DNA from: Mobula hypostoma
Lineage: Eukaryota
Reading direction: 5' to 3'
NCBI RefSeq assembly: GCF_963921235.1
Contig: NC_086097.1
Location: 24,988,001 to 25,052,000, forward strand
DNA length: 64,000 nucleotides
Made by a program: the position numbers and the translations under genes. Of the stretch, positions 23,689-36,810 are shown one piece after another. The notes below the pieces were generated by a model. It saw only the letters and a program-made list of their open reading frames with translations, ran no database searches and was not told the origin of the DNA. How positions within the stretch are numbered: the stretch's first letter is position 1; each line of letters begins with the position of its first letter.

Positions 23689-26133
23689 TGACAAACAACC
23701 AATATGCAAAAGAAGACAATCTGTGCAAATACAAAAAAGTAAAAGTGATATATAATATTGAGAACATAAGTTATAGAGTCCTTGAAAGTACTCTATGGAG
23801 TGCTTTCTCCATAGAGACTCGACGGAGTAGTAGGATTCTATGGAGTCCTTTGTGGAATTGGTTCAGTGTTGAGGTGAGTGAAGTTATCCACTCTGGTTCT
23901 GCAGTCGGATGGTTGTAGGGTAACAACAGCCCCTGAACCTTGTGGTGTGGGACCCAAGGCTCCTGTACCTCCTTCCCAATGGCAGTGAGAAGAGAGCATG
24001 GATGGTGAGATGTTTTGATGATGGATCCCACCTTCTTGTGGCAGTGCTCCTTGCAGATGTGCTCAATGGTGGGGAGGGTTTTCCCTGTGATGGACCCAGA
24101 TGTTACACCACTTTCCGTAGAGTCCTAGAAAAAGTACAGCACAGAAACAGGCCCTTTGGCCCATCTAGTCCATGCCAAACTATTTAAACCGCCTACTCCC
24201 ATCAACCTGCACCGGGACCATAGCCCTCCATATGCTTACCATTCATATACCTATCCAAACTTCTCTTAAACATTGAAATTGAATTTGCATGCACCACTTG
24301 CGCTGGGACCTCACTTCACACTCTCATAGCCCTCTGAGTGAAGAAGTTTCCCCTTAAACTTTTCACCTTTCACCCTTAAACCATGACCTCTGGTTGTAGT
24401 CCCACCCAACCTCAGTGGAAAAAACCTACTTTCATTTACCCTATTTGTACCCCTTCTAAGTTCTGCTATGTTCCAAGGAATAAAGTCCTAACTTATTCAA
24501 TATTTCCTTATAAATCAGGTCTTCCAGACTCATCAACATCCTTGTAATTTTTCTCTGTACTCTTTCAACCGTATTTACATCTATCCTGTAGGTAGGTGAC
24601 CAAAACGGCCACAATTAGGCCTCACCAATGTCTTGTACAACTTCAACATAACACCCATTTATTATGCTCATTGCTTTGATTTATGAAGGCCAATGTGCCA
24701 AAAGCTTTCTTTACAACCCTATCTACCTGTGACCTTTCCTTCTTGTGTATTGGTGTTTCCATACCATGCAGCAATACACCTTTATAGCATTACTCTTGTT
24801 CCAGGAACTGGGTGTTCTCAGTTAGTCCTACCCTGTTCCAACGATTACAGCAAACACACCAAAGAGTTTTTTCTCTGAAATACATTGAGTAATAACACTT
24901 TATTTTTTCAGTCTGCTGGTTTATAGAAGGCTTTCATCATCTCAGTGGTGTCATATTGAATTCCCTTGGCAGAACTTCAAGCCATCGATCGTGCTCTTTT
25001 AAATACACATTACGACCCGTTCCAACATGTGTCCATTGGGAGCAACATTATCTTGCAGCGACTACAGTACCTACAACCCGTTGCTTTCATTTTTACTGAA
25101 GCCTTGTAAGTCACAGAGTTCACCAATCCCTCCATCTGTGTGCCAGCTGCAGAGACTACGAACACACAAGTGCAGTGGATCAGAATCAGATTATTATCGC
25201 CAATTTATATGATGTGAATTTTTTTTGCATTGTGACAGCAAAGTTCAAAGTAAACTCATTATGAAAGTACAAATATATCACCATATACTACCTTGATATT
25301 CATTTTCTTGCGGGCATTTACAGGAAAATAAAGAAATGCAATAGAATTTAATACATACATGTCTTATGAGGAAGGTTGAGTGAGGTAGGACTTTCCCCTT
25401 TGGAGTGGAGGAGGATGAGGGGTAACTTAAAATGGTCTCACGATAATAAGAGGCATAGATCAAATGAACAGCCAGAGACATTTTCCCTAGGATGGAAATG
25501 GCTAATATGAGGGGTCATCATTTTAAGGTGTTTGGAGGGAAGTATAGATGTCAGAGGCACGTTGTTTCTTTGCAGAGAGTGGTGGGTGCGTGGAGCACCC
25601 AGGGCAGATATATTAAGGGTATCTAAGAAACACTTAAGAAAGGCATATGGATGATTCAATTCCCGCCACTGTCCTTAAGGAGTTTTTAAATTTTCCCTGT
25701 GACCACATGGGTTTCCTCCCAAATTCCAAGTTCGTAAGTTGCAGGCATGCTAATGTAAACTAGAGAAGTGTGGGGACATTCGCAGGCTGCCCCCAGCACA
25801 ACCTCAGTCTGTGTTGGTCATTGACACAAAAACAACGCATTTCACATTGTGTTTTATGTACATTTCAATGTTGACACAACTGCATTTATTGATCTTGAAT
25901 GTAAAAGGTTTTGCACTGTTTAATAGAGTCGTAGAACACTACAACACAGAAAGCAACTCTCGGACCACCAAGTTCGTGCCGAAATATTATTCTGCATAGT
26001 CCTGCACCAAACCCTCCCATCCATGTATTTACCCAAACCTCTTAAATGTTGAAATCGATCCCACGTCCACTAATTCCATTGACAGCTTGTTCCACACACC
26101 TCAGTGACGTTCCCTCTCACATTCCCCTTAAAT

Positions 26134-29100
26134 GGCGAATCGGCCTGGACAGACAGGAACAGCAGGGCTCTCACAGCCAACAGTACCATCTAACCGTTTA
26201 AAAAGTTCATCAGTTTGGCGCAGTAAGTGGGTGAGTAGACTTATTTTTCCTGTTTCATTCCTGTAGAATTAGATAGCATGCCTGCAGGGTTAGTGCTTTG
26301 TTCAGGGTGTCAGATGTGGGAATCCTGGGAGACCTCCAGCCTCCCTGATGGCCACATCTGTGCCAGGTGCACCGAGATGCAGCTCCTCAAAGACCGTGTT
26401 AGGGGTCTGGAGCTGCAACTTGATGACCTACTGCTTATCAGGGAAAGTGAAGAGGTGATAGACAGGAGCTACAGGGTGGTAATCATCCCTAGGCTACAGG
26501 GGTCAGATAATTGGGTGACTGTCAGGAGAGGGAAGGAAATGCCCAGATAGTGGAGAGCACACCTGTGGCTGTCCCCCTCAGCAACAAATATCTTGTTCTG
26601 GATGCTGTGGAGGGGGTTGATCTGACAGGGGACGCCCACGGTGACCGGGTCTCTGGCACTGAGCCTGGTGCTGTTGTGCAGGAGGGGAGGAGGGAGAAGA
26701 GGAATGCGGTAGTCATAGGGGATTCCATAGTCAGGGGAACAGACAGGAGATTCTGTGAGCCTGATGGAGATACCTGCATGGTGTGTTGCCTCCCAGATGC
26801 CAGGATACGGGGTGTCTTGGATCAGGTCCAGAATATTCTGAAGGGAGAGGGCGAGCAGCCAGTTGTCTTGGTACATGTTGGTACCAATGACATAGATAGG
26901 ATAAGGGAGGAGGTCCTGAAGAGAGATTTCTGGGAGTTAGGAAGGAAGTTGAGAAGCAGGACCTCCAGGGTAGTATTCTCGGGATTGCTACCTGTGCCAC
27001 GTGCTAGCGAGGGCAAGAATAGTAGGATCAGGTAGATGAATGGTGGCTGAGAGACTGGTGCAGGGGGCAGGGCTTCAGATTCTTGGATAATTGGGATCTC
27101 TTCTGGGGGAAGTATGACCCGTTCAAAATGAACAGGTTACACCTGAACCCGAAGGGGACCAATATCCTGGCGGGAAGGTTTAATAGAGCTGTTAGGAAGG
27201 GTTTAAACTAATTTGGCAGGGGGATGGGAAACGGAATGATGGAGTGGAGGAAGGGGAAAACAGAAATAAATCTAAGATAGTGAGCAGTAAAGATGTCAGG
27301 AAAAACAGGCAGGTGATGGGGCAAATTTGTAGCCATTGGAATGAGTTGCAGTGCAATAAAGTTGCAGTGAAATCAAAGCAAAAAGTACCAAATACTGGTC
27401 TTAAGGTGTTATACTTAAATGCACGCAGCATAAGGAACAAGGTGGATGATCTTTGTCGTACAGCTACAGATTGGCAGGTATGATATTGCGGCCATCACTG
27501 AGACGTGGCTAAAGGATGCATGTCTCTGGGAGCTGAACGTCCAAGGATACACGGTGTATCAGAAGGATAGGAAGGTAGGCACAGGGGGAGTTGTGGCTTC
27601 ATTGGTAAGAAATGATATTAAATCATTAGAAAGAGGTGATATAGGATCGGAAGGTACAGAATCTTTATGGGTTGAGCTAAGAAATAGCAGGGGTAAAAGG
27701 ACCCTAACGGCAGTTATATACAGGCCTCCAAACAGCTGCAGTAATGTAGACTACAAATTACAACAGGGAATAGAAAAGGCTTGTCAGAAGGGCAGTGTTA
27801 TGATAATTGTGGGGGATTTTAACATGCGAGTGGATTGGGAAAATTAGGTTGGCACTAGATCTCAAGAGAGAGAATTTGTAGAATGTCCGCGAGATGGCTT
27901 TTTAGAACAGCTTGTTGTTGAGCCCACTAGGGGATTGGCTGTACTGGATTGGATATTGTGTAATGAACCGGAGGTGATTAGAGAGATTGAGGTGAAGGAA
28001 CCCTTAGGAGGCAGTGATCATAACATGATTGAGTTCACTGTGAAATTAGAAAAAGAGAAGCCGAAATCTGATGTGTCAGTATTTCAGTGGAGTAAAGAAA
28101 ATTACAGTGGCATGAGAGAGGAACTGACCAAAGTTGACTGGAAAGGGACATTGGCGGGAAGGATGGCAGAGCAGCAGTGGCTGGAGTTTATGCCAGAAGT
28201 GAGGAAGGTGCAAGACAGGTATATTCCAAAAAAGAAGAAATTTTCAAATGGAAAAAGGATGCAACTGTGGCTGACAAGAGAAGTCAAAGCCAAAGTTAAA
28301 GCAAAGGAGAGGGCATACAAGGAAGCAAAAATTAGTGGGAAGACAGAGGATTGGGAAGTTTTTAAAAGCTTACAAAAGGAAACTAAGAAGGTCATTAAGA
28401 GGGAAAATATAAACTATGAAAGGAAGCTAGCAAATAATATCAAAGAGGATACTAAAATCTTTTTCAAGTATATAAAGAGTAAAAGACAGGTGAGAGTAGA
28501 TATAGGACCGATAGAAAATGATGCTGGAGAAATTGTAATGGGAGATAAGGAGATGACAGAGGAACTGAAGGAGTATTTTGCAACAATCTTCACTGAGGAA
28601 GACATCAGCAGTATACCGGACACTCAAGGGTGACAGGGAAGAGAAGTGTGTGCAGTCACAATTACGACAGAGAAAGTACTCAGGAAGCTGAATAGTCTAA
28701 AGGTAGATAAATCTCCCCGACCAGATGGAATGCACCCTCGTGTTCTGAAGGAAGTAGCTGTGGAGATTGTGGAGACATTAGCGATGATCTTTCAAAAGTT
28801 GATAGATTCTGATATGGTTTTGGAGGACTGGAAAATTGCAAATGTCACTCCGCTATTTAAGAAGGGGGCAAGGAAGCAAAAAGGAAATTATAGACCTGTT
28901 AGCTTGACATCGATGGTTGGGAAGTTGTTGGAGTCGATTGTCAAGGATGAGGTTACAGAGTACCTGGAGGCATATGACAAGATAGGCAGAACTCAGCATG
29001 GATTCCTTAAAGGAAAATCCTGCATGACAAACCTGTTACAATTTTTTGAGGAAATTACCAGTAGGCTAGACAAGGGAGATGCAGTGGATGTTGTATATTT

Positions 29101-30276
29101 GGATTTTCAGAAGGCCTTTGACAAGGTGCCACACATGAGGCTACTTAACAAGATAAGAGCCCATGTAATTATGGGAAAGTTACATACGTGGATAGAGCGT
29201 TGGCTGATTGGCAGGAAACGGAGAGTGGGAATAAAGGGATCCTAGTCTGGTTGGCTGCTGGTTACCAGTGGTGTTGGGGCAGTTTCTTTTTACATTGTAC
29301 ATCAACGATTTGGATTATGGAATAGATGGCTTTGTGGCTAAGTTTGCTGACGATACGAAGATAGGTGGAGAGGCTGGAGGTGCTGAGGAAACAGAGAGTC
29401 TGCAGAGAGACTTGGATAGATTGGAAGAATGGGCAAAGAAGTGGCAAATGAAATACAATGTTGGAAAGTGTATGGTTATGCACTTTGGCAGAAGAAATAA
29501 ACGGGCAGACTATTATCTAAATGGGGAGAGAATTCAAAGTTCTGAGATGCAACGGGACTTGGGAGTCCTCGTACAGGATACCCTTAAGATTAACCTCCAG
29601 GTTGAGTCGGTGGTGAAGAAGGCGAATGCAATGTTGGCATTCATTTCTAGAGGAATAGAGTATAGGAGCAGGGATGTGATGTTGAGGTTCTATAAGGTGC
29701 TGGTGAGACCTCACTTGGAGTACTGTGGGCAGTTTTGGTCTCTTTATTTAAGAAAGAATGTGCTGACGTTGGAGAGAGTACAGAGAAGATTCACTAGAAT
29801 GATTCTGGGAATGAGAGGGTTAACATATGAGGAACGTTTGTCCGCTCTTGGACTGTATTCCTTGGAGTTTAGAAGAATGAGGGGATACCTCATAGAAACA
29901 TTTCGAATGTTGAAAGGCATGGACAGAGTGGATGTGGCAAAGTTGTTTCCCATGATAGGGGAGTGTAGTACGAGAGGGCATGAGTTAAGGATTGAAGGAC
30001 GCCCATTCAGAACAGAGATGTGAAGACATTTTTTTAGTCAGAGGGTGGTGAATCTATGGAATTTGTTGCCACGGGCAGCAGTGGAGGGCAAGTCACTGGG
30101 TGTATTTAAGGCAGAGATTGATAGGTATCTGAGTAGCCAGGGCATCAAAGGTTATGGTGAGAAGGCGGGTGAGTGGGACTAAATGGGAGAATGGATCAGC
30201 TCATGATAAAATGGCGGTGCAGACTCAATGGGCTGAATGACCGACTTCTACTCCTTTGTCTTATGGTCTTATGGTC
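26134..30276 (+). mobile_element. Near full-length CR1 LINE (ORF1 zinc finger/SGNH esterase; ORF2 APE endonuclease-RT) with several stops and frameshifts
   Basis: ORF1 CSGC..CARC, VVIGDSIVRG, VHVGTNDI. ORF2 YLNARSIRNK, AITETWL, VGDFN, SDHN, YRPVSL, LDFQKAFDKVPH, FADDTK. 3' (TCTTATGG)n tail; possible TSD TAAAT. Confidence 0.95.
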
Positions 30277-31389
30277 TAAATATTTTACCTTTAACCTGTG
30301 ATGTCTAGTTTAAGTCTCACCCAACCTCAATGGGAAGAGCCTGTTCACATTTTTCCCATCAATAATCTTCATAATTTTGTATACCTCTGTCAAATCGCCC
30401 CTCATTCTCCTTTGCTCCAGGGAGAAAATATATCTTATTCTGAAATAAGTTCATTTTTTTTAAATAAAAAAATAAAAGGACTGCAATCCAGCTACATGGG
30501 ACTCTCACCAAAGCACTGACTGCCTCTTCACTCTTCGTCCTTCAGTCATTGATTTTTTTGTTCACGTTTGGAACCAACAGTAAGCCAGATTAACCAATCC
30601 TTCCTAATAACAAACTCCTGGAAAGAGTTTAGCAGGTTGAGCAGTAAATGTGTGCGGGGATGGAGGGAGGCGCAGAAAGGAAATTTGGGTCAGGACCCTT
30701 CATCAGGACTCAGTATTGCACAACCCACTGAGTGCCTTGAGCAGAATCAGGTTTATTATCACTGATTTTATGTTGTGAAACTTGTTGTTTTGTGGCAGCA
30801 GTAGAGTGCAATACACAAGAAACACGTATTACCTTAGAATATAAATAAGTAATGCAAATATGAGAAAATAGTGAGGTAATGTTCATTTTCTTGCAGACCA
30901 TTCATAAATTTGATGGTGGAGGAAAAGAAGATGATCCTCAAACATTGAGTGAGTGCCTTCAGTTACACTGGTGCAATTATGCACTGCCATCATAGACAGC
31001 ATCCTCACATCAGCCATTACTGTCTGGTTTGGTGCAGCATTCTCTCACAATATACGAAAACTAGAGCAAACAGGTCAGCAGAAAAGGTCACTGGTTGTGG
31101 TCTACCATCGCTGAGGAGTTGTCCATGTCCGGGACGAAGAAGCAGGCAGGAAAAGTCATTTGCAGACACAACCCACCCCGCAAACTGCCTTTTCCAAAAT
31201 CTCCCTTCTGCAAAGCACTATTGGCCTACTAAAACAAAAACAAATTATGCCATCCAAAGTTTCTTCCCACAGAAAGTTAATCTGATCAGCCATTCTATTT
31301 AGCTCCAACAAATCCCCTCTATCTATTATCTGAGTCATTGCACTGTAAATACTTTAAATTACTTTTAAATGCATTATATTTATTATGTA

Positions 31390-32760
31390 GAGTCATAGGA
31401 TCATAGAGCACTACAGCACAGAAACAGAACCTTTGGCCCATCTGTCTGTGCTAAACTATTATTTTTCCTTGTCCCAATGACCTGCACCTGGACCATACCC
31501 CTCCATACCCTTCCCATCCATGTACCTATCCAAATTTCTCTTAAATGTTGAACTCAAACCCACATCCACTACTTCTGCTGGCAGTTCGTTCCACATTCTC
31601 ACCACCCTGTGAGTGAAGAAATTCCCCCTCATGTTCCCCTTAAACCTTTCACCTTTCACCCTTAACCCATGACCTCTGGTTCTAGTCTTACCCAACCTTA
31701 TTTGTAAAACCTTGATTGAACTTACCCTATCTATACTCGTCAAAATTTTGTACACCTCTATCAAATCTCCCCATCATTCTCCTACACTCTAGGGAGTTAT
31801 TCCAGCCTATTCAACCTTTCCCAATAACTCACATCCTGAAGTCATAATAACATCCTTGTAAATTTTCTCTGCATTCTTTCAATCTTATTGATATCTTTCC
31901 CCTAGGTAGGTGTATTCTCTATCTACCAGGGATGGCACATTCAAGGCATAATGGATCTGTATTCCCAGATCCCTCTGTTCTACAGAACTCCTCAGTGCCC
32001 GACTGCTCACCATACAAATCCTACCCTGGTTTGTCCTCCCAAAGTGCAACACTTCATACTTGTCTGCATTAAATTCCATCTGCCATTTTTCAGCCAGTTT
32101 CTCCACACGCAAAACCCTGTTGACTAACCTTAATCAGTCTCTGTCTATCCAAATACTTATATATCCAATCCCTTAGATTACCTTCCAATAATTTACCCAC
32201 TACTGATGTCAGGCTCACTAGACTATAATCTTCTGGCTTATTCCTAGAGCCTTTCTTAAACAACAGAACAACATTAGCTATCCTCCAATCCACAGGCACC
32301 TCATCCATTTTAAATATCTCTACTAGGGCTCCTGCAATTTATGCACAAACCTTCTACAAGGTCTAAGGAAATACCTTTGTCAAGCTCTGGGGATTCATCC
32401 ACCCTAATTTGCCTCAGGACAGCAAGCATCCTCTGTAATCTGAATACAGTCCATGACCTCAATGTCGTTTTGCCTCATTTCTATAGATCCTAAGCCAGTC
32501 TCCCAAGTAAATACAGATTCAAAAAAGTCCAATTGAGATCTCCCACATCTCTTTCAACTCTGCATAGATAGCCATTCTGATCTTCAAGAGGACCAACCGT
32601 GTCCCTTGCTAACCTTTTGCTTTTAACATATCTGTAGAAGCCCCTGGGATCTCCTTCACCTGTTAGTGCAACCTCATGCTTTTTTAAACCCTCCTGATTT
32701 CCTTCTTAAGTGTTCTCTTGCATTTTTATACGCAAGTACCTCATTTGTTCTTTGTTGTCT
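31390..32760 (-). mobile_element. Older CR1/HER1-type LINE fragments
   Basis: ORFs 31459-31764, 31885-32112 and 32090-32308 encode CR1 ORF2 pieces (WRIANVVLLFKKG, KWQMEFNADK, RTRGH). Confidence 0.85.
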
Positions 32761-33347
32761 ATTTAAGTACATTTATTCCATATCTGTACTTTAACCTCTA
32801 ATTTTTCTAGAATTCTTTATAATGGTTGAATGTTGTAGATTTTGTCACATGTCGCGACAACAGACCGCAGCAAATTCCTAATAGACAAAGACATGCATGT
32901 ACGGTACATGGCAAATAAAGTTGATCCTCGAGTTGATCCTTAATGACAATTCCCCCATAAAGGAAGTTGGGAGTGAAACAAATTATTTCACAGGTCAGAA
33001 GGTTTGGAGAGAGGGAGACACAGAAGTCAGCTTGCAGATGTGGGGAAAGAAAACACCAAAAGTGTTGAAAAGACTCAACGGGTTGAGCCATATCTGTGCA
33101 TTGAATTTTATTTTATGTATTTAGAGAGACTGCACGGTAACTGGCCCTTCCAGCCCAACAAGCCCATGTCACCCTGGTTACACCCATGTGAGCAATTAAC
33201 CTAGTAACCCTTACATCCTGGGAATGTGGGAGGAAACTGGAGCACCCGCAGGACACCCATGCAGTCACATCGAGAATGTACAAACTACTTACCGACAGCT
33301 GAATCAAGCATTTGGGCATGAGGCCTTTTGTGAAACCTGCTATGTTT

Positions 33348-34030
33348 CAGAGGGGAGGAGAAGACGGCAGTGTGACGCAGCGTGCGCGGCTGCTCTGAAA
33401 TGATATCATATTTGTGAAGTAGGTACCGTGCACAATCCTGATTTGATGGAGACAGCCGTGAGAAGCATGGAGGAATGTCTGGAGAAACTTCTGAAATGCC
33501 CACTTCGCTGCCGCTGCTACTGTGTGATTGAGAATCTTCGGAGGGGAAGTCCCCAAATCCTCGGCTTTGCCTATTGCGCTCCTATTGCTTTCCCTAAGCG
33601 CTCGGCAGAGATGGTGCTCAGTGCTCAGTGTTGGAGGGCTGGTCGGAGGCTCGGAGTTTTCGGACGGACTCAGAGTCGGCTGTGGTCGGGTGCTTCCAGG
33701 GTGCTGCATCGGCAAGTTTGCAGCGCTGGAAGCTCTTGGCAGGGAAAGGTTTTCTTCTTTCTACTGTCTGCGTGAGATGATGGGACTTTCGAGAGACTTT
33801 GAGACTTCTTTTTTTAACCGTGCCGATGGTCTGCTCTTTATCAAATTACGATATTGCTTTGCACTGTTGTAACTATATGTTATAATTATGTGGTTTTTGT
33901 CAGTTTTTCAGTCTCGGTTTGTCTTGCGTTTCTGTGATATCATTCTGGAGGAACATTGTATCATTTCTTAATGCATGCATTACTAAATGACAATAAAAGA
34001 GGACTGTGTGTCCTCATAATCTAATCTAAC
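33348..34030 (+). mobile_element. Unclassified retroposon-like insertion with an (AATCT)n tail
   Basis: CpG-rich body, then AATAAA and TAATCTAATCTAA. No recognisable protein. Confidence 0.45.
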
Positions 34031-36569
34031 ATCTTGCAAGCAGCTTATCAGCTATTAAGCATGTTCTGAAGCTGTGCAAGGTGCAATCGAAATATAAGTT
34101 TTTCTTTAGACCAGCAGTCACTTTTGAGAAACACAGGTAAACAACCCAGGCATGAGTGCACTCAGTGTAGGCCCAGAGTGCTGTCCAGACCTATCCTGTG
34201 TAAGCATCTTTCAGCATGAGCAGCATCCTCTTCTGCACCCTCTCCAGAGCTTTCAAGTCCAAAAATGGGGCGACTAGTTTTGAATGCAATACTACAGATG
34301 AGGCAATATAAATCTGTAACTTCCCAGCTCCTGAACTCAGTGCCTTGACTAACAGACAATTCTGCCTCCTTCTACAGATTCTTGATCCACACCCCTAACC
34401 TCCCTCTCCTCTCACCCCACCGACGGACATCCAGCTGGGGTTTCACTGGTACAGCATGTCCTCTCGCAACAAAGTCAAACAGATTTTCCAAGAGCTTCTG
34501 ATGGGTCGAGGGCAAAGTGACACTAAGAAAGCCAGACAATGAGGACTAATGCCTGAAGAAGGACCATATGTTCACTGCTCAAGCACCTGCCCTATTAGAC
34601 CGGCATGAGAACTGACGAAACAAGAGATCACTTGTTCTCTCCTGCAGCCAAGACTGAGGGAAGGCCTGATACTTCATATGATTATGATGAGGCATTGAAA
34701 AGGTAGAGTTGGAACCTTCTTCCTAGTGTAGGGACGTTGAATACATGAGGATTAGCTTGTAAGCTTTGATGAGGAAAGTTTAAGGAAGATGTGTGGGGCA
34801 GGTTTCTCTTAACAGGGTAGCAGATCTGCCGGGAGGACTGATGGAGCATGATACAACAGTGGCATTTAAGGTGCAAAGTTAATCTTAACGGGTGACACAG
34901 TTTACAGTATCTGCTATACAATCAGAGTTTAATCCCTGCCACTGTCTGTAAGGGGTTTCTACGTTCTCCCTCGAGACTATGCGGGTTTCTTCCAGATCCT
35001 CCACTTTCCCCCCATGTTCCAAAGATGTATGGGTTAGGGCCAGTGAGCTGTGGGCATGTTATGTTAGTGCCTGAAGCATGGATGCACTTGTGGGCTGTAC
35101 CAGCACAATCCTCGATGCAAATGACGCACTTCACTGTATGTTCCGATGTAGCTGAGGCAAATAAAGCCAGATTTTATTCTGTGTTAGGCTGAATAGTCTG
35201 TTGCTGTGTTAATTAACCTCTATAACTCTGAGGTGAGCAGAAATTCAAGTCTTAGGGAACAGTGGTGGATAAGTAGGCAAACAAGTCTTGTATGATAGCA
35301 GGATTTAAAATGCTGTTAGGGAGACAGATGAATATGCAGGAAATGCAGAGACATGGATAACATTAGGACAGAAGGGAATTAGTTTGACAAATAAATCGCT
35401 GGTGGAATTCATTGGGTCTGGCAGCATCTGAGAACAGTCAATATTTCAGGTGGAGACCCTTCAAAATGACCATTGAAGGGTCTGGACCCAAAACCTCAAT
35501 TGCCCATTTCCTTCCATAGATCTACCTGACTCCCTGAGTTTCCCTAGTGGGAACTGCAACTGGTTTATTGTTACTGAAACATTGTGAAGTTTGTTGTTTT
35601 GCGGCAGCTGTACAATGCAATATGTGAAATGTACCATCAATTACAGTATGTATGCATACACATATACATTAATATATTATACATTAGTTTATATATGCTA
35701 CATATTATGTATAAAGAAGTAGTGCAAAAAAAAAGAGCAAAAATAGTGAGGTAGAGTTCATGGGTTTATTGTTTGTACAAAAATCTAATGGCGGAAGGGA
35801 AGATGTTCCTAAAACATTGAGTTGCATCTTCAGGTTCCTATCCGTCCTCCCTGATGGTGGCAATGAATGCAAATGGTGCATTGAGGTGGAACTAGGTAAA
35901 ACAATATCAATGCACAATTACTTTGGGTGTTGTTCCAGAACCTGGTATCTGCGATCTTTTGTGACTCCAGAGATTTTGTTCAATTTGGCATTGTTTTCAG
36001 TGCAGATACTGTGGGCGAAGGGGACAGTATGCTGTACTGTTCTATGTTCTGTGTGATATCAGGGGTTAAATCATTCTATCAATCATTTCTGATCTGATCT
36101 GATCTGGGCCTCAACCGCAGTTTGTTAACTAAACCCTACATTCCTTGCCTTCCCGCCTCCCCCCAAACATCTCCAGGTAGTATCAATGGAATTGGCAGAA
36201 TCAAACCCAGATGGGGGTGTGCAGATACAAGTAGGGGAGGGAGTTGAGGTAGGGAGCTGGGGGAAGAGGATGGAAAATGTTGGTGTGAGGGGTGTGGAGG
36301 GAGAGGATGCATTGAGTAAGTGTGATTGAAGTGAATGTTTCTCGTATCCTCCTGTGCAGGACCCTGGTGGGTCACCGCGACTGGATACAGAGCATGTTAG
36401 CAGGTTCCAAAGGGAACGTCACCTACAATTAGTAGCCAATAGTGAAATAAAAAGTCAGATTCTATGACCTACAGATTCATTTTCAAGGACTCTTTACAAC
36501 TCTTCTTCTCAGTACTCTTTTTATTTTCACAGTTGGTCTTCTGCGCATTGATGTTTGTCAGATAATAAT

Positions 36570-36810
36570 CACGATAGCATAGCGGTTAACATAACACTAT
36601 TACAGCGTCAGTGACACAGGTTCAATTCCTGTCACTGTCTGTAAGGAGTTTGTACGTTCCCCCTGTGACTACATGGGTTTCCTCTGGGTACTCGGATTTC
36701 CTCTTACATTCCAAAGGTGTATTTGTTAGTAGGTTAATTGGTCACATGGGTGTAATTGGGCAGCATGGACTCATTGGGCCAGAATGGCCTGTTACCAAGC
36801 TGTATTCATA
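36570..36810 (+). mobile_element. V-SINE/HE1-like SINE (one of several; others at about 8880-9140, 10720-10920, 22490-22670, 33100-33300, 34920-35170, 60680-60840)
   Basis: tRNA-like head (TAGCATAGCGG, GGTTCAATTCC) followed by the core GGGTTTCCTCTGGGTACTCGGATTTCCTC...CCAAAG. Confidence 0.7.

Noticed and set aside
26278..30180. Active autonomous CR1
   Set aside because: Both ORFs carry several stops or frameshifts (for example near 26550, 27035, 27847, 28633, 29245 and 30023).
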